From a virus (lineage: Duplodnaviria > Caudoviricetes), in IMG/VR virus record IMGVR_UViG_3300031716_000015, positions 1 through 49,865 of that record: a stretch of 49,865 bases of DNA, one strand, 5' to 3'. Position numbers and translations under genes: made by a program. This document shows, piece by piece, positions 25,775 through 35,069 of this stretch. Positions within the stretch are counted from its first letter, which is position 1. Each line of letters opens with the position of its first letter. The notes beneath the pieces were generated by a model. That model made no database searches and had not been told where the DNA came from. It was given only the letters and a program-made list of their open reading frames with translations.

Positions 25775-26720
25775 CGCGGGCCTCCTCGCTCGCCTCGTCG
25801 AGGGTCTGGCCCCTCGCGGGCGGGGCGCACCTTGGGCACGGTCGGGCGGCGTACCACTCGATGACCTTCTCGGGCAGGATGAATAACCCGGTCCTGGTCG
25901 CCCGTCCGCAGACCGTCCGGGCGCGGTCGCCGCTGACGGCGTGGTAGTCCACGTCCCGCCGCGCAGTGGCGATCCAGACCATGCCGTCGCCGGTCTGGTC
26001 CGGCGCGGGCGCCTCCACAGCGGACGGAGCGGCAGCCGCAGCGGCCACGTCCTCTGGCATGTAGCCGGGCAGGAAGTGATGAAGTTCCTCTTCGGCGCGG
26101 CGCGGCTGGTACCAGGCGTCCGGGTTAACGCGGTCGGCTCGCTCCTCAGGAACGGCGATCAGTCTGGTCGAGCTGTAGTCGATGCCGAGGACCGCACACG
26201 CGCCGAATAGCGGGTTGCCGAGCGACAGGCCGTCCTTGCAGCCGCCGTCGTACAGGCCGGGGCCGCGCCATCCGGCGCAGGTGTCACCTTCGTGGCGGCC
26301 GTGGGGGCAGCGGTCGAGGTCGGAGATGATGCGGCGCCATTTCTCGCCAGCCTCGCGCGCCTGGGCCAGCTCGGCGCGCAACTGCTTGCACTCCTGCCGC
26401 GCGTCCTCCAGCCATCCGTCGGTGGTCGTGTACGCCTCGTGGAGCGCGGCGACGGACTCCCAGCCCTCAGGCTTGGCGGCTTCGAGTTCGTCGATCAGCC
26501 ACTCGACCACTGGCGCGAGTTCCGCCCCCAGCTCCATCGGTACTCGCCTCGGTCGGCCGTTCGGCGAGAGGATGCCCCGGATGTTCAGCGCGTCGTTCTG
26601 GTAGGCCACCAGTTCCGGACGCCAGCGGTCGATGCGGTCGCGGAGCTGCTTGATCTCGGCCTCGGCGTCGCCGCACGAGGTCCCCATTGCGTGGATGTCG
26701 TAGTGGTCGAACAAGCTCAT
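25764..26720 (-). CDS. Hypothetical modular protein
   Basis: Coiled coils plus DLDRCPHGRHEGD.C..C and CPRC modules. Confidence 0.65.
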   Translation of the reverse strand: MSLFDHYDIHAMGTSCGDAEAEIKQLRDRIDRWRPELVAYQNDALNIRGILSPNGRPRRVPMELGAELAPVVEWLIDELEAAKPEGWESVAALHEAYTTTDGWLEDARQECKQLRAELAQAREAGEKWRRIISDLDRCPHGRHEGDTCAGWRGPGLYDGGCKDGLSLGNPLFGACAVLGIDYSSTRLIAVPEERADRVNPDAWYQPRRAEEELHHFLPGYMPEDVAAAAAAPSAVEAPAPDQTGDGMVWIATARRDVDYHAVSGDRARTVCGRATRTGLFILPEKVIEWYAARPCPRCAPPARGQTLDEASEEARDGA

Positions 26721-27121
26721 CGCGGTCCCTCCTCGATGGACGCGGCGGGGAAGCACTCGCACAGCGCTTGCGGGCAGCCGTGATCGGCGCACATCGCCAC
26801 CTCGCCGACGAACGGGATGCCGCCACTGCCGTCGTAGAACGCCAGGATTTGGCGGATCTCAGCGCGGTGGGCTTCCTCGTTGGCGCGGGCCATGTCGGTA
26901 ACGCGGGCCACCTCATCGGTCAGCCGCTCGATTTCGGCCAGCAGCTTCTCGCCCGCGCTCAGCCCGGCGCTGATGACCAGGTCGCTGTCGCGGTCCTCGT
27001 CGGCCGGGATGCGCATCGTCCACTTCGTCTTGCCTTCGCACAGGGCAGCGACATGGTTGTGCGCCTTCTCGATCGCGGCGCGCAGTTCGGCCAGGCGGTC
27101 AGCGGTCAGTTCGTTGCTCAT
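26717..27121 (-). CDS. Hypothetical protein
   Basis: TGATG overlap; LLAEIERL coiled coil. Confidence 0.6.
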   Translation of the reverse strand: MSNELTADRLAELRAAIEKAHNHVAALCEGKTKWTMRIPADEDRDSDLVISAGLSAGEKLLAEIERLTDEVARVTDMARANEEAHRAEIRQILAFYDGSGGIPFVGEVAMCADHGCPQALCECFPAASIEEGPR

Positions 27122-27450
27122 CAGGCGGTCTCCGATCCTTCGCGGCCGATGGCCGCCTCTCCCGTGGATGTGAGTGCGATCTGCGGCCGTCCGTCGGCGA
27201 CCCGCTCGCGCGCCCACTGCGCGGCGACGAGGTCGCGGATATCGGCGTTGACCGCTTTGCCCGCGCACATCCAGCCCCGCGACGGATGCCAGCGGCACTT
27301 ACCGGCCGCGATGGCTTCGAGCAGTCCGCGCCTCGTGGCGGTCAGGGTGAGCTGACGGGGTGGCTGCTCGGCGCGGCGGACGCTGACGCCGAGGACCTGG
27401 CCCTTGAGGAGGCCGCTGCGACGCGGGCCGAACCGGGGCTTCGGGCTCAT
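27121..27450 (-). CDS. Hypothetical protein (winged-helix-like)
   Basis: LT.TG..A C-terminal motif; ATGA overlap. Confidence 0.55.
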   Translation of the reverse strand: MSPKPRFGPRRSGLLKGQVLGVSVRRAEQPPRQLTLTATRRGLLEAIAAGKCRWHPSRGWMCAGKAVNADIRDLVAAQWARERVADGRPQIALTSTGEAAIGREGSETA

Positions 27451-27818
27451 ATCGATCCCGTCCCGTCGGTGAAGTCGGGCAACACTGGGCGGCCGTCGAG
27501 GCGGCCGAACAGGTGCAGCGCGAACTGATGAATGTTGATGTGCTCCGACGGCGGTGCGAACACCTGGTACGCCCAGCCGTCACCGAACACGGCGCGGTGG
27601 AGCATCTTCAAGTCGTCGTATTCGGGCATACGGTCGGCATGTGCGACGGAGGCGTGGACCCAGTCGGTGACCGGCTCGCCGTGTGGGGCGCTGGTGACGA
27701 TGACGGAGCTGACACCGTTCGTGTGGCGGTACGCCCAGCCGTCCGGGCCCATCGGGTGAGCCGGGCTCCACATCTTGCGGCCGAGACGCTGGCGGATGCC
27801 AAGCGGGTCAAGGGTCAT
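27447..27818 (-). CDS. Conserved phage protein
   Basis: W.HASV....RMP.Y.DL...HRAVFG...YQVF.P..EHINIH..ALHL. Confidence 0.7.
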   Translation of the reverse strand: MTLDPLGIRQRLGRKMWSPAHPMGPDGWAYRHTNGVSSVIVTSAPHGEPVTDWVHASVAHADRMPEYDDLKMLHRAVFGDGWAYQVFAPPSEHINIHQFALHLFGRLDGRPVLPDFTDGTGSI

Positions 27819-28675
27819 GCCGCGGCTCGCGGCTGGGGCGCGTCCTGCCAGTCCTTGTCGTCGGCGGGCTTCGGCTTCTGCCCGGCCAGTTCGGCGGCGG
27901 TCACCCGGGCGGGCGGGAACTCCTCGGCCCGCGACACCTCGCCGCGCTTGATCGACGTGAACGTCACACCGAGCTGCGCCACGTCCAGCTCCAGCCACTC
28001 GGCGGCCGGACGGCCGACCTTCTCCTCCAGCTGGCCCTGCGTCACGCCGATCCCGCCGTACGTGGAGATGCAGTCCGCGACCCGCTGCGCCAGGGGCTTG
28101 CCGCCGCCGTCGGCGAGGGTCTCCATGCAGCGGTCCTTGGCCTCCTCGGTGAACCACGGCGGCAGGACGGCGAAGATGGCCTCACGCAGGCGGCGGGCGC
28201 CGTTGTTGGCGTTGTTCTCGTAGATGTCGCGGACGTCGGTCAGCCGCTCGGGACCACCGCGCTTGTCGCGCAGGTGCTTGACGATGAACTTGTTCTCGAC
28301 CTTGGTGTTGTTCTCGACGTCCCACGCGTACGCCTGCATCTCGGATTCGCCGGCGTCGTCGTCGCGGGACAGTTCGACGATGCCGTACTGGATGTTGCGC
28401 CAGCATCGGGCGAGTTCCCGTGCGAGGTGCACGGAGGCGCCGGAGACGGCGGTCCCTGCGCGGGGGAAGCGGAAGAACGCCCGCTCGGCGAGGCTCTTCT
28501 GCTTGGTGGTGGTCCGCATCTCGGCCAGGGCGGCCTGCACGTCGCGCGGGTAGGACTTCGCCAGGGCGGCGGCTGCGGCGACTTCGGCGGCGGCACGCGA
28601 CTGTTCGACGGCGGTGGCTTGGCCGACGCGCGTCGGCAGGGGAATGGCCGGGGCAACCTTCTCCACGGCGGTCAT
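27815..28675 (-). CDS. Putative single-strand annealing (recombination) protein
   Basis: PRD...AF..FPR.G..VSG.SV.LARELARCW.N; downstream of exonuclease. Confidence 0.6.
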   Translation of the reverse strand: MTAVEKVAPAIPLPTRVGQATAVEQSRAAAEVAAAAALAKSYPRDVQAALAEMRTTTKQKSLAERAFFRFPRAGTAVSGASVHLARELARCWRNIQYGIVELSRDDDAGESEMQAYAWDVENNTKVENKFIVKHLRDKRGGPERLTDVRDIYENNANNGARRLREAIFAVLPPWFTEEAKDRCMETLADGGGKPLAQRVADCISTYGGIGVTQGQLEEKVGRPAAEWLELDVAQLGVTFTSIKRGEVSRAEEFPPARVTAAELAGQKPKPADDKDWQDAPQPRAAA

Positions 28676-28947
28676 GCGACTGCCACCGTCGGGTAGCACG
28701 CCAGCTCGGGGCACAGTTCGACGCCGACGTGGCGGGCGTGGGCCCAGCCGACTGACCGCATCCGGTCATCGGTGCCCTGGCATGCGGCCACGACCGGGAA
28801 GATGGACTTCTGCATGGTGCGGCCATCGGTGTAGTGCGGATCCCGCTCGGTGTGGGTCATGCGGCGATGGGCTATACCACCGGGTCCGGTGGGGCCACTG
28901 ACGGCAACGTCCAGTCCGGGGTGCGGGTCGGCGATGTTTTGGTTCAC
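28672..28947 (-). CDS. Hypothetical protein
   Basis: Overlapping start/stop between exonuclease and annealing gene. Confidence 0.55.
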   Translation of the reverse strand: MNQNIADPHPGLDVAVSGPTGPGGIAHRRMTHTERDPHYTDGRTMQKSIFPVVAACQGTDDRMRSVGWAHARHVGVELCPELACYPTVAVA

Positions 28948-29786
28948 CAGGTGCCTTCCTTCAGGTAGCGGTTGGTCATCCAGTCGGGCAGGGGCAGCGG
29001 GGCCACTTCGTCCTCGGGCTCGTAGCCGGGCCAGCGGCCCGCCTTGGAGCAGGCGGCGTAGATCTCCAGCGCCTCGTCGTTGCGGTCGCGGCCGTGGCGC
29101 ATCGCGAACACGTCGGGCTCGCGGCAGTTGACGAGATACGGCGGCGATTTCTCTTGGAAGATCAGGACGAGGGCGGCGTCGCCGAGGACCTTCTGCGCGC
29201 CGCGGACATACCACTGGGCGCGCTGGTGGTAGGAGTACGACCACATCGCCTTCGCGCACCCGGCGGGGCTCGCGTCGGTGGCGGACTTGTACTCGCCGAG
29301 GACGTAGCGGCCGTCGGAGGCGTGGGGCAGGAAGTCGACCAGGGCGCGGCACCAGACGCCGGTGGGGCCGTCCTGCCACACGATGGTCTGCTCGGGGGTG
29401 CCGCGCTCGGGGTCCAGGAGCGCGGCGGCCATGGGGTGCTGGCGCAGCGCGACGGCCATCGCCTTGACGACGACGTAGTCCCCGGCGAGCAGCGGGATGA
29501 GTCCGTTGGCGCGGGCTTCGTCGCGCTGCGCCTTGGCGGCTTTGGTCATCCAGTTGTCGGCGTCGACCACGACGATGTCCCGTCCGGCGCCGAGCACCAG
29601 GCGGTGGGCGGCGGAGCCGAAGTCGAACACGTCTTTGGGCGGCAGCGGGTGGCGGCGCTCGTAGTCGAACTTCGCGGGGCATTCGTTGACGAGCTTGACC
29701 GCGCCGGACGAGGTGAGGCTGCCACCCGCGACCGGGTCTTGGTGGTATTCGTCCGCCGAGATGTTGTGAATGCCGGTGCCGATCAC
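28944..29786 (-). CDS. PD-(D/E)xK exonuclease (RecE/DUF3799-like)
   Basis: YH.D...SSS, FGSAAH..VL, PE, CRA..D, EYK, YHQ.A.WY, QEK.PPY. Confidence 0.85.
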   Translation of the reverse strand: MIGTGIHNISADEYHQDPVAGGSLTSSGAVKLVNECPAKFDYERRHPLPPKDVFDFGSAAHRLVLGAGRDIVVVDADNWMTKAAKAQRDEARANGLIPLLAGDYVVVKAMAVALRQHPMAAALLDPERGTPEQTIVWQDGPTGVWCRALVDFLPHASDGRYVLGEYKSATDASPAGCAKAMWSYSYHQRAQWYVRGAQKVLGDAALVLIFQEKSPPYLVNCREPDVFAMRHGRDRNDEALEIYAACSKAGRWPGYEPEDEVAPLPLPDWMTNRYLKEGTW

Positions 29787-30007
29787 CGCTCACCCCACAG
29801 GTTGCGGCGCAGCTGGTCGAACTCGGCCGCCTCCTGCTCCCGGCGCAGACGCTCGCGCAGCCGGGTCAGCTGGTAGGCGAGCGCTTCGGCGCGGAAATCG
29901 AGGTCGTCGTCTTCGGTCCAGGTGCGGCGGGCCTTGTGCCATTGGGTCCAGATGCCCACCGCGAGGCCGACGAAGCCGAGCGCCACGACGGCCAGTGCGG
30001 TCGTCAT
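29783..30007 (-). CDS. Small membrane protein
   Basis: N-terminal hydrophobic helix. Confidence 0.6.
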   Translation of the reverse strand: MTTALAVVALGFVGLAVGIWTQWHKARRTWTEDDDLDFRAEALAYQLTRLRERLRREQEAAEFDQLRRNLWGER

Positions 30008-30558
30008 CGGACCGCCTCCAGCTCTCCGGTGACCGCGCCGTCGACCACGCGCGGGATCTGCCCGGTCTCGTCGGTCCGCGGCGTCACCGGCATCTGCACC
30101 CGGCCCGTCCGGACGCCGTACCACAGGTCGGAGGTGTCGGTGATCGACGGGAAATTGGCGGCCACCTGGTCGTGCAGTGCCGTGCCGCCGTTCCACGCCG
30201 GATCGATCAGGTCGCGGACGGACGGAGCAGCGGGCAGGGCGATCACCGCCGACGGCATCCGGTCGCGCATCTGCTGGCGGGCGGTCGGGCGCTCCTCCAG
30301 GCGGCGAACCCGCTCGGCGAACTCGGCGAGGTCGTCGCTGTCGGCGTCGCAGGAGTCGGCGTAGGACTCGACGCGGGCGTTCAGCTTGCCGAGTTCGCGG
30401 GCCAGGTACGCGCAGCGGCGGTTGGCATCGTTGTTCTCACGGCGCAGGGCCCGCAGTTCGCGGTCGGTGTAGTGGCGCCCGGCGAGGTGGGCGAGTGCGG
30501 CGGCGACGAGGGCCACGGCGGTGATGCCGCACAGGATGAGGGTCATCGGGTCGGTCAT
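30004..30558 (-). CDS. Membrane-anchored coiled-coil protein
   Basis: N-terminal TM, heptad region. Confidence 0.65.
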   Translation of the reverse strand: MTDPMTLILCGITAVALVAAALAHLAGRHYTDRELRALRRENNDANRRCAYLARELGKLNARVESYADSCDADSDDLAEFAERVRRLEERPTARQQMRDRMPSAVIALPAAPSVRDLIDPAWNGGTALHDQVAANFPSITDTSDLWYGVRTGRVQMPVTPRTDETGQIPRVVDGAVTGELEAVR

Positions 30559-30561
30559 GGC

Positions 30562-30726
30562 TTACTCCTCGAAGATGCGGACGCAGTCGCACGGCGCGTA
30601 CGGGTGGCGGTCCAGGTCGGTGTAGAGGCAGCCGTAGCCGCCGTGGAGTGTCTGGACGTGGCCGCAGTCGGGGCAGCGCGGTCCGTCGAAGACCCGCTTG
30701 AGGACGCGGCGGATGTGGTTGAACAC
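30562..30726 (-). CDS. Small Zn-binding protein
   Basis: CPDCGH...H...C...CDC; RBS GAGGAG. Confidence 0.55.
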   Translation of the reverse strand: MFNHIRRVLKRVFDGPRCPDCGHVQTLHGGYGCLYTDLDRHPYAPCDCVRIFEE

Positions 30727-30728
30727 GG

Positions 30729-30902
30729 TCAGCTCCTCGCGGTCGGTGCGGGCGTGGGGACGCATTCGGTGTGGACCAGGCCGAGCGGCTTGCGGGACCA
30801 CACGCTGGCCTGGCCGGTAAAGATGCCGCGGCCGCAGATCGAGCACACGGCTTTGCGCTGGTCGACGCCGACGGTGGCTTGGACGGACGGTCGGATGCCC
30901 AT
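30729..30902 (-). CDS. Small Zn-binding protein
   Basis: CSICGRGI..G...VHTEC. Confidence 0.55.
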   Translation of the reverse strand: MGIRPSVQATVGVDQRKAVCSICGRGIFTGQASVWSRKPLGLVHTECVPTPAPTARS

Positions 30903-31549
30903 CACGCCACCGCCGCGCTCAGGTGGGCGATCAGCTGCTCGCCGATGAACTGCGTGTAAGCGGGCGGAATCGCCTGGGACAGCTCTCCGCGGTTCATCCA
31001 GTCGATGCCCATGGCCCGCCGGTAGTCGGCGATGGTCGGGTTGTAGCCGAGCTTCTCGCGGACCCAGGACGGCGTGCCGTGGCCGACGACGGACGGCACC
31101 GGGTACGGGTGGTGGCACGGCGGCGAAAGCTGGTATCCGCGCCAGGACGTCTCGAACCAGCGCTCGCGGCGCAGGTCGAGCCCGAATTGGCAGCCGCACA
31201 GCTTGAAGTCGGCCCGCATGGGTGCGCCGGGCACGTTCTCGATCGCCCACGGCCTGCCGATCGACAGGAGCAGTGCCCGGGTGGGGTCGAGCAGGTCGGG
31301 ATACTCCTTGCCGGCGCTGCGCTGCGATTGCGCCGCGACGCTGTATGCCTGGCACGGCGGCGAGGCGTGGATGGCGTCGAACTCGTGGCCGTGCTCGGCG
31401 AGGTATTCGAGGGCGTCGCCGAGGTGGTGTTCGAACGGGTATCGCGGCTGCGGGTTGATGTCGACGCCGACGACCTCGAAGCCGGCACGGTGGTAGCCCA
31501 TGGCGCAGCCGCCGGCTCCGGAGTAGAGGTCGAGCAGTCGCGGCGCCAT
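30902..31549 (-). CDS. DNA cytosine-C5 methyltransferase (compact)
   Basis: LDLYSGAGG (I), SPPCQ (IV), IENV (VI), RRER (VIII), QAIPP (X-like). Confidence 0.88.
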   Translation of the reverse strand: MAPRLLDLYSGAGGCAMGYHRAGFEVVGVDINPQPRYPFEHHLGDALEYLAEHGHEFDAIHASPPCQAYSVAAQSQRSAGKEYPDLLDPTRALLLSIGRPWAIENVPGAPMRADFKLCGCQFGLDLRRERWFETSWRGYQLSPPCHHPYPVPSVVGHGTPSWVREKLGYNPTIADYRRAMGIDWMNRGELSQAIPPAYTQFIGEQLIAHLSAAVA

Positions 31550-31815
31550 CACGCCACCTCGTCTGGTTCGATCGCGCATCCCGGGCACCAGGTAGTGCCG
31601 TGGCAGGCCGGGCAGCCAGGAGACGCGGCGCGCAGCTTCCCGCAGTAGCAGGAGCCGACGCGGGCGAGGTCTTCGCGGCACGACGGCCCGATCGGCGACC
31701 ACGGGTTCGGGCTGCGGTAGTCGCGGTTGCCCAGCGCCCAGTCGCACAGGTCGGCCCAGCATTGGCCGGGGAGTTTGTCGAGCAGGTTCGCGATACGCCA
31801 GCGGAGCTTCTCCAT
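31549..31815 (-). CDS. Cys-rich hypothetical protein
   Basis: GQCWADL..WA...CYCGK; TGATG overlaps. Confidence 0.6.
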   Translation of the reverse strand: MEKLRWRIANLLDKLPGQCWADLCDWALGNRDYRSPNPWSPIGPSCREDLARVGSCYCGKLRAASPGCPACHGTTWCPGCAIEPDEVA

Positions 31816-32450
31816 CAGGCCACCTCCTCGGTGAGGACGCCCCACGGCAACTGGCGCTCGGCTTCGTCGAGCCAGTCCAGCAGCGTGGGCAGGTTGCGGT
31901 CGGGGCCGAACGCCAGGTAGGTCCCGTCGCAGGAGTCGCAGCCGATCGCGGCGGCGTACTGCAACCGCCGCCAGGAGTTGACGCGGCCCATGTGGACCCA
32001 CTTGCCGCGCACCTTTGCCTCGCGGGCGATGAGGGCGGCAGCGGGCGACAGCTTCCAGTCGGTGCTGCCCGCGATGAACAGGACGTCGAAGTCGTCCCAC
32101 GGCACCGTGAGGTCTTCGAGGCCGTCCTGGGCGCACAGCGCGACGGGATAGCCGAGGGCGCGGATGCGGGGAAGCATCGGCGCGGACAGCTTTAGCGTGG
32201 CGGCGGCGCCGAAGGGAACGTCGGGTGCGACAGCGAAGGCGCACTCGGCGACCATCGGTAGCCGGTCGGTGAGCCAGGCCAGGTAGGCGTCGTCGCCGGG
32301 ATAGCCGCCGGTAAAGGCGGCGTTGTCGGCACACCAGCGGCGTCCGGGCTCTAGCCGGTTGCCGGTGGCCGGGGTGACGATCTGGCCGAGGAGTCCGCAG
32401 TCCATGGCGGCCCTAACCTTCGGCCCGCTGGCCGTGGCGAAGTACTCCAC
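31815..32450 (-). CDS. DpdA-like (TGT-fold) 7-deazaguanine DNA transglycosylase
   Basis: DNAAF, APDV, QDG, FIAGST.WK, HMGRVN, DSCDGT motifs; adjacent to YhhQ. Confidence 0.7.
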   Translation of the reverse strand: MEYFATASGPKVRAAMDCGLLGQIVTPATGNRLEPGRRWCADNAAFTGGYPGDDAYLAWLTDRLPMVAECAFAVAPDVPFGAAATLKLSAPMLPRIRALGYPVALCAQDGLEDLTVPWDDFDVLFIAGSTDWKLSPAAALIAREAKVRGKWVHMGRVNSWRRLQYAAAIGCDSCDGTYLAFGPDRNLPTLLDWLDEAERQLPWGVLTEEVA

Positions 32451-32940
32451 GTCCCACCACCACTGCGCTGACGACCACCACTGTGGCGGTGGTCTTGACG
32501 AACATCTGGCCAGGCACGGCGGGCCAGATAGGGAAGCCAGCCAGCCAAAGGAAAAGCACCGTGTCCACGGCGGAGCCGACCAGGTTGGACGCGACAGCGG
32601 CCGTTGCCCAGCCGTGACGGCGCAGCGGCGAGTAGACGGCGAAGTCCGCCAACTCGGAGACCGCGAACGCGGCCCCGGACGCAAGCGCGAGTTGGGGTGT
32701 GGCCAGCAGCGCCGACAGGGCGGCCCCGCCGACGATGCAGGCGAGGACGGCGACCCGTCCGGCGGTCTCGTGGACGGCGTCGCGGGCCAGGAGCACCAGC
32801 CCGGCGGCCCAAGTGCCAGCCGTCGCCGACAGGCCGAAGCCGACGGGTACGAAGCCGTAGCGGGCGGTCAGGACGTTCGCGGCGACGGCGAGGCCGAGGA
32901 ACGCGACCGTCGACCAGAAGCGCAACAGGAAGTTGGTCAT
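32413..32940 (-). CDS. yhhQ: VUT family (YhhQ-like) queuosine-precursor transporter
   Basis: AAN, RD.V.E..G, ALASG.AF.VSE.AD..VY, SN.VG..VDT.LFL.LA, GQ..VK; multiple TMs. Confidence 0.85.
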   Translation of the reverse strand: MTNFLLRFWSTVAFLGLAVAANVLTARYGFVPVGFGLSATAGTWAAGLVLLARDAVHETAGRVAVLACIVGGAALSALLATPQLALASGAAFAVSELADFAVYSPLRRHGWATAAVASNLVGSAVDTVLFLWLAGFPIWPAVPGQMFVKTTATVVVVSAVVVGRGVLRHGQRAEG

Positions 32941-33182
32941 CACGCCACCTCGTCGTTCGGGTCGGTCCACGGCCGCAGCGTCAGCCGGGGATAGCGGCGC
33001 GGTGCCGGGGGCAGCGACGTCGAGTCCGGCGTTAGGGCGGCTGCGGCCACCTGGGCGAGTTGGGCGGGGATGACGGCCTCGTCCGGGTAGGACGTGACGG
33101 CGTTGTGGCCGAGAATGGCGGCGGCCTGCTTGTGGGTGTAGGGCGTCGGCGCGGCGGGGATCGGCGTCGGGTCAGCGGTCAC
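32940..33182 (-). CDS. Hypothetical Pro-rich protein
   Basis: Overlapping start/stop. Confidence 0.5.
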   Translation of the reverse strand: MTADPTPIPAAPTPYTHKQAAAILGHNAVTSYPDEAVIPAQLAQVAAAALTPDSTSLPPAPRRYPRLTLRPWTDPNDEVA

Positions 33183-33763
33183 GGCTTCACCTCGGCGCGG
33201 GCCTTGTCGTACTGCGCGATCCCCCACTGGATTGCGTGGCAGCACCAGAGGAACTGGTAGGTGTAGTCGTTGAAGGACTCGCCGTAGGCGCCGTACCGCG
33301 CGCCCTTGTACTCGAATTCGGCCACGGCTTGCATCGCGCCCTGCTCGTGCCAGATGTCCTCGCCGAAGATCTCCTCCTCGACGGCCTCGACGATGCCCGG
33401 GTACTCCTCGGCGAGCTGTGCGGCCCAGTCGGAGACTGATTGGCGGAAGTCCGCTTCCGAGTAGGCCATCGTGCCGCGCCGCGTGCCCTCGGAGATGATC
33501 TTCTCCGACCAGTAGCCGGGGTTGATCCGATCGCCTCGGAAGAACTCGAACATGTCCTCGATGCGCGAGAAGACGAAGCCGTCCATGTCGCCACGGATGG
33601 CGAGGCAGCCGGGCCAGGTGACCAATTCGAACCAGTAGGTTGAGCGATCCGGGCGCATGAACAGCAGGTGCCGGTACAGCCCGTCGTCGCGCTTGACGGT
33701 CATCTCGTGCTTGGCGGTGTCCGTGGTGAACTGCTCGGTCTCGTAGTCCGGGTAGCCGCTCAT
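33179..33763 (-). CDS. Conserved phage protein
   Basis: H.M....DDGLYRHL.F, YWF..VTWPG.L.I.GD, INP.YWSEK. Confidence 0.75.
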   Translation of the reverse strand: MSGYPDYETEQFTTDTAKHEMTVKRDDGLYRHLLFMRPDRSTYWFELVTWPGCLAIRGDMDGFVFSRIEDMFEFFRGDRINPGYWSEKIISEGTRRGTMAYSEADFRQSVSDWAAQLAEEYPGIVEAVEEEIFGEDIWHEQGAMQAVAEFEYKGARYGAYGESFNDYTYQFLWCCHAIQWGIAQYDKARAEVKP

Positions 33764-33963
33764 CGGGCCACCCCCGCCCCGTCGCCGACGTACTCGCCGA
33801 CCCCGGCCGCGAATCCGGCCATGTACGCCCGCAGGACCAGCTCCCGCGCGTCGTCGATCGAGACGCCTTCCTGCGCTTGGCGGGCGAGGCGTTCCAGGAC
33901 TGCGGAGTCGCCGGGCTTGGACGGCGAGTAGCGCTGCTGGGCGTCGGAGATAGGGGCGGTCAT
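33760..33963 (-). CDS. Hypothetical protein
   Basis: ATGA overlaps. Confidence 0.55.
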   Translation of the reverse strand: MTAPISDAQQRYSPSKPGDSAVLERLARQAQEGVSIDDARELVLRAYMAGFAAGVGEYVGDGAGVAR

Positions 33964-34364
33964 TCGGTCACCGCCAGCGGGAACGACCACACCTTGCGCT
34001 CCGAGCCGCCGTCCTCGTCGGCGGGCAGGATGATCTGCCACGGCCCGGCGAACAAGCCGTAGGCCACCCAGCTACATCCGCGACCCTTCCACTCACGTTC
34101 GGGCACCTTCAGCGCGCCGAGCGAGCGGCCGATGCACTCCTGGCCGCACGCCGCCGCTTCCGCCCCGGCTTCTTTGAAGTCCCCGAACGACGCGACGTCT
34201 CCGCAGCTCGGGCAACGGAACGCCCAGTCGAGCCAGTCCTTGCCGAACGCAGCCTCAGCCTCAGCCATAAGCTCGGCCTGGGTCAGCACGCGGACGTTGG
34301 GTCCGCTGATTGACCGGGGGCCATCCGTGGCGGTTACGATGTTCTCAGTGGTCACGTTGATCAT
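33960..34364 (-). CDS. VVA0879-like protein
   Basis: FG.D...WAF.CP.CG.V.S..DF...QECIGR...GC.W.AYGLF. Confidence 0.7.
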   Translation of the reverse strand: MINVTTENIVTATDGPRSISGPNVRVLTQAELMAEAEAAFGKDWLDWAFRCPSCGDVASFGDFKEAGAEAAACGQECIGRSLGALKVPEREWKGRGCSWVAYGLFAGPWQIILPADEDGGSERKVWSFPLAVTE

Positions 34365-34387
34365 CCCTTCGTGATCCGGTACTTCGG

Positions 34388-34557
34388 AGGCCCTGGGTGT
34401 TGCGTGCACCCGGGGCCTTTGGCTTGTGGGTGGCCGGGACGTGGGGCCAACACGTCCCGGCCCGCAGCGCCAGCCCCACCCCTGAAAGCCAGCGCGCGTC
34501 TTCGGCGGGGACCGGTCCCGCCAGTCAGAGGCATCTGCGAGACAGGACCGGTCCCCG
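34388..34557. promoter_or_regulatory. Three tandem strong hairpins in an intergenic gap
   Basis: Inverted repeats 34388-34418, 34432-34462, 34506-34557. Confidence 0.6.
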
Positions 34558-34562
34558 TGCCG

Positions 34563-35069
34563 TCAGGTCCGGGGAGGAACTCCTGACGGCAGCCCTCGCG
34601 CGCCAGACCAGGGCGGCGCGGCGAGGGAGTCGTCGGCCAGCACGGCACCGGAGTGCACTCGGGCTGGCCTGGCCGGAACCGTGCGGCCTACAGCCGCCGT
34701 GCCCCGGCTCGACTTGGGGCGCCACGGGTTGGCGAGCATCGCGGCGATGGCCAACCCCGGCACGAGCAGATGCACGGCGGCGAGCCAGAAGCACGACCAG
34801 CCGGTGATCGCGTAGGCGACGAGGTAGCGGCCGCCCTGGTTCAGGACGCGGACCAGACGCTGACGGCGCGACAGGCGCGGCGGACGGCCGATGCGGACGT
34901 GGACCGGCTGAGTCGGCCGAGGCGGCGGCGAAGGAGCAGGCGACGTCGGCACGGGCATGTCGTCCGGTCGGGCCATCGCCCACTTGTGGGGCCGCGGCAA
35001 CGGGCCGGGTCCAGGCGGGCTCGTCGGGTACACGGGATCGGCGGGCTTCGGCGGAGCGGCGAGGATCAT
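34563..35069 (-). CDS. Pro-rich membrane protein
   Basis: Pro-rich N-terminus, two hydrophobic segments. Confidence 0.55.
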   Translation of the reverse strand: MILAAPPKPADPVYPTSPPGPGPLPRPHKWAMARPDDMPVPTSPAPSPPPRPTQPVHVRIGRPPRLSRRQRLVRVLNQGGRYLVAYAITGWSCFWLAAVHLLVPGLAIAAMLANPWRPKSSRGTAAVGRTVPARPARVHSGAVLADDSLAAPPWSGARGLPSGVPPRT

